In this document: positions 57,911 through 64,000 of the stretch, piece by piece | How positions within the stretch are numbered: position 1 is the stretch's first letter | How the letters are laid out: every line of letters begins with the position of its first letter | Assembly (NCBI GenBank): GCA_964016885.1 | Contig: OZ024745.1 | Coordinates: 113,894,001 to 113,958,000 of the forward strand | Reading direction: 5' to 3' | DNA length: 64,000 nucleotides | From: Eledone cirrhosa | Taxonomy: Eukaryota | Notes under the pieces: generated by a model | The model's database searches: none | What the model was told of the DNA's origin: nothing | The model's input: only the letters and a program-made list of their open reading frames with translations | Made by a program: the position numbers and the translations under genes

Positions 57911-58981
57911 AGAGGCGGAGGGTAAGTTAGTAACTGAAATAGAGAGAGATAACACTACATCTAATTAGATTTAGATTCCAAGAAAATACAGCTATGCATT
58001 ACCAGTCGCCCTGTTGAAACATTCTTCATTCAAAGAGAACGATCAAGCAACCAGACAGACTTAGTTTATGACTTTCTTATTAGGTTAAATTATATAAACA
58101 TACAACCTAATTCCAGACTGGAGCTGTTAATTTGCTGTTAACTTTTATTAATTTTATAAGCTCAGAGTGTATTGATTATTTTAAAGGTAGCGTGAATGTT
58201 GTGATATAGTCTTTTATGATGGAATGTTATCATGTAACGGCTATGTATTTTCCCTTACTTAAGCGGAATGTTGAGCTGCAGCATTATTCTCTTATAGTTT
58301 ATAGTTACCTTTTTCTCGACAAATGATTATAATCGTCGAGATATAATTCTATGTTTAGCTAGCTATGTGTCAGTTAATTAATTTATCTATTTGTCTGACT
58401 GTCTCACACATTCTATAAAATAGAAATATCGTTTCAGAGAATCCCCCTCAAATTATACTATACTTTCTTTTAAAAGGTAAGAGACACTGGATAATGTATT
58501 TCTAGACAGAGTATATCTGAAAACGACATAGTAGTGTTCACTTAAGAACACCCCACCCCACCCCCCACACACACACACGCTAGAAACCAATATAAAGAAA
58601 TAGTTTAAGCTTTAAGCCACCCCTCCCCCCTAAAAAAATGTAATGTAATATAAATTACAATTAAACAATTAATGTTTGATTATTTTTCTTAGCCTAGATA
58701 TGCTCCAGCATTTTCTTATACACTTGCAGTTCTCTGGTAGCACTGAAAGGTTACCGAAACCTTAAGTTATAGGTTCATATTTTAGTCACAGACGCCATAT
58801 CTGTTGCTACGCTAGACACTGATGATTCTTCTTTCCTATAAATCTTATCTAATAATACTCTGTAGAATAATCATCTGTCCATTGAAACACTATCGAGTTA
58901 ACTGCTGCTCCAACTATACCATATTTAACCTACAACATATATTTCTCTAACCTAATACAATATTGGTAATGTTTTTTTCAG

Positions 58982-59085
58982 ATGTCAGGCGGGAACTGGT
59001 CTTTGTACGGTAGACAAAGCTCATCGCAATCAATGCCAAGCATGTCGATTGAAAAAATGTCTTCAGATGGGTATGAACAAAGATG
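58982..59085 (+). CDS. NR2E3: NR2E3/PNR-like nuclear receptor, 104-bp exon with second C4 zinc finger
   Basis: Acceptor GTTTTTTTCAG|, donor G|GTAAGT. In frame with the previous exon (AG+A = Arg): (R)[34 protein letters not shown]. Too short for the ORF track. Confidence 0.95.
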
Positions 59086-60820
59086 GTAAGTACACAAACA
59101 TTCTCATTGCATAAAACATCATCCTACATTATTTTTTTTTTTTTTTAATTAAATTCTTATTTATCAATTTATGTATTTTGTTCAATTTTATAATATTGGA
59201 TTAATTTTATCAAAATATTTCTTTTGCGCTATATTTGAATATTTTTAGATGCCTATTCTAGGTTTTCAGGTCATAAACGGTGAACAGATAAGGCATAAAT
59301 GACGCAAGTGTATATACGACTTTAAGCAATATATAGAATCGATGAAAAGTTCTGATGAACTGTGTAGGGAAAAAAGAGAACAAAACAAAACAAACACAAA
59401 TAACAAATAACAAATAACAAAAAAAAAAAAAAAAAAAAAATCGCCATTGCTAAAGTAAGTTTGTATATTGCGAGGAGAAATATGTTTGGTAATTTCAGAT
59501 TCACCTTTCCACGAAAAATGGATCTGCTCGAAATAGTAGAACCTCTTTAGTCTCCCGACAAAACAACTTAGTTGCCATCAAGCAAAAACGTTTTGTATAG
59601 TCAATTTAATTGAATTCCACGTGTATATGTCTGCCATTGAATTATTTATTCATGTGTATTATCTATTATTCATTTCATTATATTATTATATTATTAGTAT
59701 TGTATTTCATTGAATTGTTTCTTTTGAGTTCTATGTGAATATATTTTAGACATATTTTGTATTTGTATTTTACGAGTGTTGGATTTATTATATCTTAAAT
59801 GAAGTAGTTCGTATCGAATTTTTTTTTTTTTTGTATATAAAATCATGCAAATTCCTTATGTCACGATCATCGAGATTTTCGATAGTCTTTGGTGTATTGG
59901 TAACATGATACATCATTTAAACATTTAAGGCACATAAAGCATGTGTATGTACAAGAATATATGTGACTGAACAAGATATTGTATGTCTACATACAATATG
60001 TGGCTTATTACACTATATGTTTTACAGGTGAATGTGCATAGTTTTGGTGGGGCTGATAACGTATTCGGCATTTTCTGGTAATGTCATATTCCTTTTTGAT
60101 TGCGAACCCCTTATATACCAATGTTTATTTGTTTCATTAGGGTTTGTTTCATTCTATTTTACCGTATCCTTCGGCTTTTCTCTTATACACCGCTCTAACT
60201 AGTATAATGCTTTCCAAACAATGTGAGGTCACGACGAGAAACAACGAAAAGTTCCTGAGCATCTAAATTTCAACCCAGTTTCGATTTTTGGTTTGAACAA
60301 GTTCACTCAATGATGTAACTTATTTCCTTGACAAACGCAAATATTTCACAATATCTAATATCCACTTTCTTATAGACTGTAGGTTATTTGTGTTTGGATT
60401 CTGTCTGAGAATTACGTACAGGATGCAACTGCCTGCGGAATACTAAGCTTCTTACATAGTAATCCAACGAGTTAAAAGTTTAGCTGATAAAAAAACTGGA
60501 ATACTCTTGGTCAAAACTGACAGAGGAATCATTTTTACTTGAAATTTATTTAGTTATATATGTATGTGTGTGTTTATGTATGTATGTATGTATGTATGTA
60601 TGTATGTATGTATATGTGTATATATGTATGTGTTTATGTATGTATGTAGGTATGTGTGTGTTTATGTATGTGTGTATGCACAAACGTATATATGTGTGCA
60701 AGCATGTTTGTCATTACTTGTGTGCCTCTGTATGTCGATATATTTAATTACGTATATGTATGTTTGTATGTATGTATTATGTATGTATGTATTCATGTAT
60801 GTATGTGTGTATATAGCTAT

Positions 60821-61230
60821 AGGGAGAGATGACCCCTTAGCTTTTGTCAAGGCAAAATTCTAGGAGAAGGAAAACTCTGATATAACACCTGCAACCCTGA
60901 TGGTATCCAATAATGTTGACTTGTTCATCTTTTTGGTAAATATCATCTTGGTTAAGAGAGTGGGACTGGCTTTGTGCAGTGCCTTTGCTCACTATAAAAG
61001 CTTCACGGCACAGGCATTGCTTTATATCTGGAGATCTCTCTGCACTTGTCGTCACATGGTACCATGGGCCCAGCACTATGTGTCAATAATTGTCACAAGT
61101 GTAGTGTTTGTACCAGAGTTTTCAAGTCGCTGGCTGGACTAAAAAGTCACACTCGTTCAGCGCATCGTTAGGGGTTCTCCTACATGGATATAAAGTAGTG
61201 GCCGTACTCGAAAACGAGTTGGTAGCCACC
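60821..61230 (+). mobile_element. Non-autonomous RTE-derived retroelement, 5'-truncated
   Basis: TSD ATATAGCTAT (60811-60820/61231-61240). Confidence 0.85.
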
Positions 61231-62256
61231 ATATAGCTATGTACTTAAGTCTAAGTTTGTGTGTATATGTCACCTGAATACGTATATGTAAATCAGATAG
61301 CTAACCAGCATGTAACATCAAGCTAGGCCACGTTGTGCCACCCCAACACACTTCCGATCCTTCGGTGTATTAACAGCACCACTGCCACCACCACATTAAT
61401 CAGCCCAAAGACCAACCACCCTACCATCACCACCAACAGCACAACCATCACCATCATGATAGCTGCCACCATTTTCTACCACTTCACCACCAACACCACC
61501 ACTGCCAACAACAACACCAACACTACTATTAGCTCCATCTCCACAAACGTCACAATTCTCCAGGACTCCTCACCATCTCCAATATCATGACAACCACCGC
61601 CATTTTCTGCCCCGTCACCCCTACATCCCGCACCATCAACACAATCACTGTCACTAATACGACTTACACCATCTTCTCTATTGCAATTGCACCCCACCAC
61701 CAACGAAACCGCCGCCGCCATCACCACCACCACTACCGCAGCCTCCACCACCGCCTACACCACCACCACCATCACGACCATCGGCATTACTTCTAACACT
61801 ACCACTACCAACAATAACGTCACTAACAACAAGGAAAAAACTACAACAACAACAACAAAAACAACGACAACAACAGCAACAACAACATCAGCAGCAGCAA
61901 CAGCAACAGCAGCAGCACTAACAATACTAGTCTCAATCAGTCGTCAGTGAAATGTCAGCTGACACTGCAGTCGTGAATATTTGATGGACATCCAATTAAA
62001 GATGGCGCTCTCTGCGGCGTTCTCGACCGAACAGACAGGTGAAGATGGACACGAAATATCAGGCAACAATCAGCCGACGACGGTCCAATCAGCCATCAAG
62101 CAGAGGGTCGACAGTCGGTTTAGCGGTATCGCAGCTAAAACAACAACATCCTCTGAAGATATGCTAACGATAACGTTTGTATGTTTATCTCTTACAAAAA
62201 CATACATACACAAACACACACTCACATACACACACACAAAGACACACACACACACA

Positions 62257-62301
<45 letters not shown>

Positions 62302-62311
62302 ACACACACAA

Positions 62312-62342
<31 letters not shown>

Positions 62343-62509
62343 CACACTCACAGACACACACTCTCTCTATCACACACATCTGAAATCACACAGGTGCTCA
62401 TACATACTGAATAACCAATTTCCTTTACGACATTTCCCCCGAGCGTGTTATATAAAACTCTCTGTCTCTCCACTCACACACACACGAACGCGCGCGCACA
62501 CACACACAC

Positions 62510-62540
<31 letters not shown>

Positions 62541-62642
62541 TGTATGTATATATATAAATACGTATACACATACATACGTACGTGCATATATACATACACA
62601 CACTCGCAAACATATATATATATATACATATATACACATATA

Positions 62643-62740
<98 letters not shown>

Positions 62741-62788
62741 CATATATATATATTTATATATACATATATATATATATACATATATATA

Positions 62789-62886
<98 letters not shown>

Positions 62887-62891
62887 TATAC

Positions 62892-63072
<181 letters not shown>

Positions 63073-63689
63073 GGGGGGGGGGGGTGTATAAAGAACTGTA
63101 CAAGACAGATAAGGAAATAAGTGAACAACCAAAATAATAGAAAATGGAAGAAAGATATGCGGAGTGTCTGTGTAAAGAATGGCACAATACAGAGAGGCGG
63201 GGGGGGGGGAGACGAGATAGGAACGGGTAGAATTGAAAGAAGGCTTCCGGAATAAAAAGAAAGAAATGACAATAAAATTTCAAAACAAAAATGATTGCTA
63301 TACAACTGAAACATCTAATAAAACGATACGAAAGAAATATCATCAAACTGCAGTATAATGATGAACAATTAAATATACATAAAGTAGGCTATTCAGAAGT
63401 ATTTTCCGTGTAAAATAAATGCATAGTTAATATATAGTTTATTTGGTAATCAATAGTAATGCCAACAGTAATAGGAAGAAAATGGAGTCTAAACATAAAG
63501 GGATGAAAAAGGAAAACGTAAGAAAAGTATTACAATAGTAATTGTGTAAGTAGTTGCACGACTTGTCTTCTTATAATGTCACATTTCCGAACGCCTGAAA
63601 TATTTACATAAACATTTAAATTAATAAGGATAATTCTTTCTAATATAAGCACAAGCCCAGAGATTTTGGAGAAAGTGTTAGTCGATTAG

Positions 63690-63757
<68 letters not shown>

Positions 63758-63796
63758 CCAAAAGTCAGGTCAAAAGTATATATATATATATATATA

Positions 63797-64000
63797 GTCC
63801 CAAAAGTCAGCTAAAAAGTGACACAGGGGAGAGTGAGTTTAGCTGGACATGCTCACCGACATCCAGAGTTAACATTGCACTCAGTGCTCCTGTGGGATCC
63901 CCTACATGGACACACTGGAAGAGGAAGACCAAGGTTAACGTATGTTGATGCCCTAAGGACAGACACTGGTCTGTTGGAGACGCAGGACATGGCAGCGATA
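63797..64000 (+). mobile_element. LINE ORF2 C-terminal fragment (RTE/RTE-X-like), continues beyond window
   Basis: VPKVS*KVTQGRVSLAGHAHRHPELTLHSVLLWDPLHGHTGRGRPRLTYVDALRTDTGL resembles the RRLRLAGH...LW.P.HG...RGRP..TY.D.L..DTG motif. Confidence 0.75.

Noticed and set aside
63753-63812. AAGTCA repeats as an NR2E autoregulatory site
   Set aside because: They arise from a short duplication of the LINE fragment's 5' junction across (TA)n.

Overview
Eukaryotic, AT-rich, microsatellite-saturated genomic DNA. The SINE/LINE repertoire suggests an octopus-type coleoid cephalopod (inference). There is one 200-N assembly gap. The only host protein-coding signal is two + strand exons (41540-41846 and 58982-59085, 17.1-kb phase-2 intron) encoding the two-zinc-finger DNA-binding domain of an NR2E3/PNR (Drosophila Hr51/unfulfilled-like) nuclear receptor; its first exon and ligand-binding-domain exons were not identified. 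The rest is repeats: many tRNA-type SINEs, decayed mariner, rosa/DD41D-like and Chapaev-3-like DNA transposons, CRE-, Tx1- and RTE-type LINE fragments, and a young non-autonomous RTE derivative with target-site duplications (TSDs). The most striking unexplained structure is a set of 13 short (130-330 bp) elements, in four sequence families (A/B, C, D, E), abutting (TA)n tracts. Most are fold-back palindromes and carry complete or truncated type I hammerhead ribozyme motifs, with compensatory changes between subfamilies. They are best read as Penelope-like-element (PLE) termini or non-autonomous derivatives. Almost all supplied ORFs are microsatellite artefacts.
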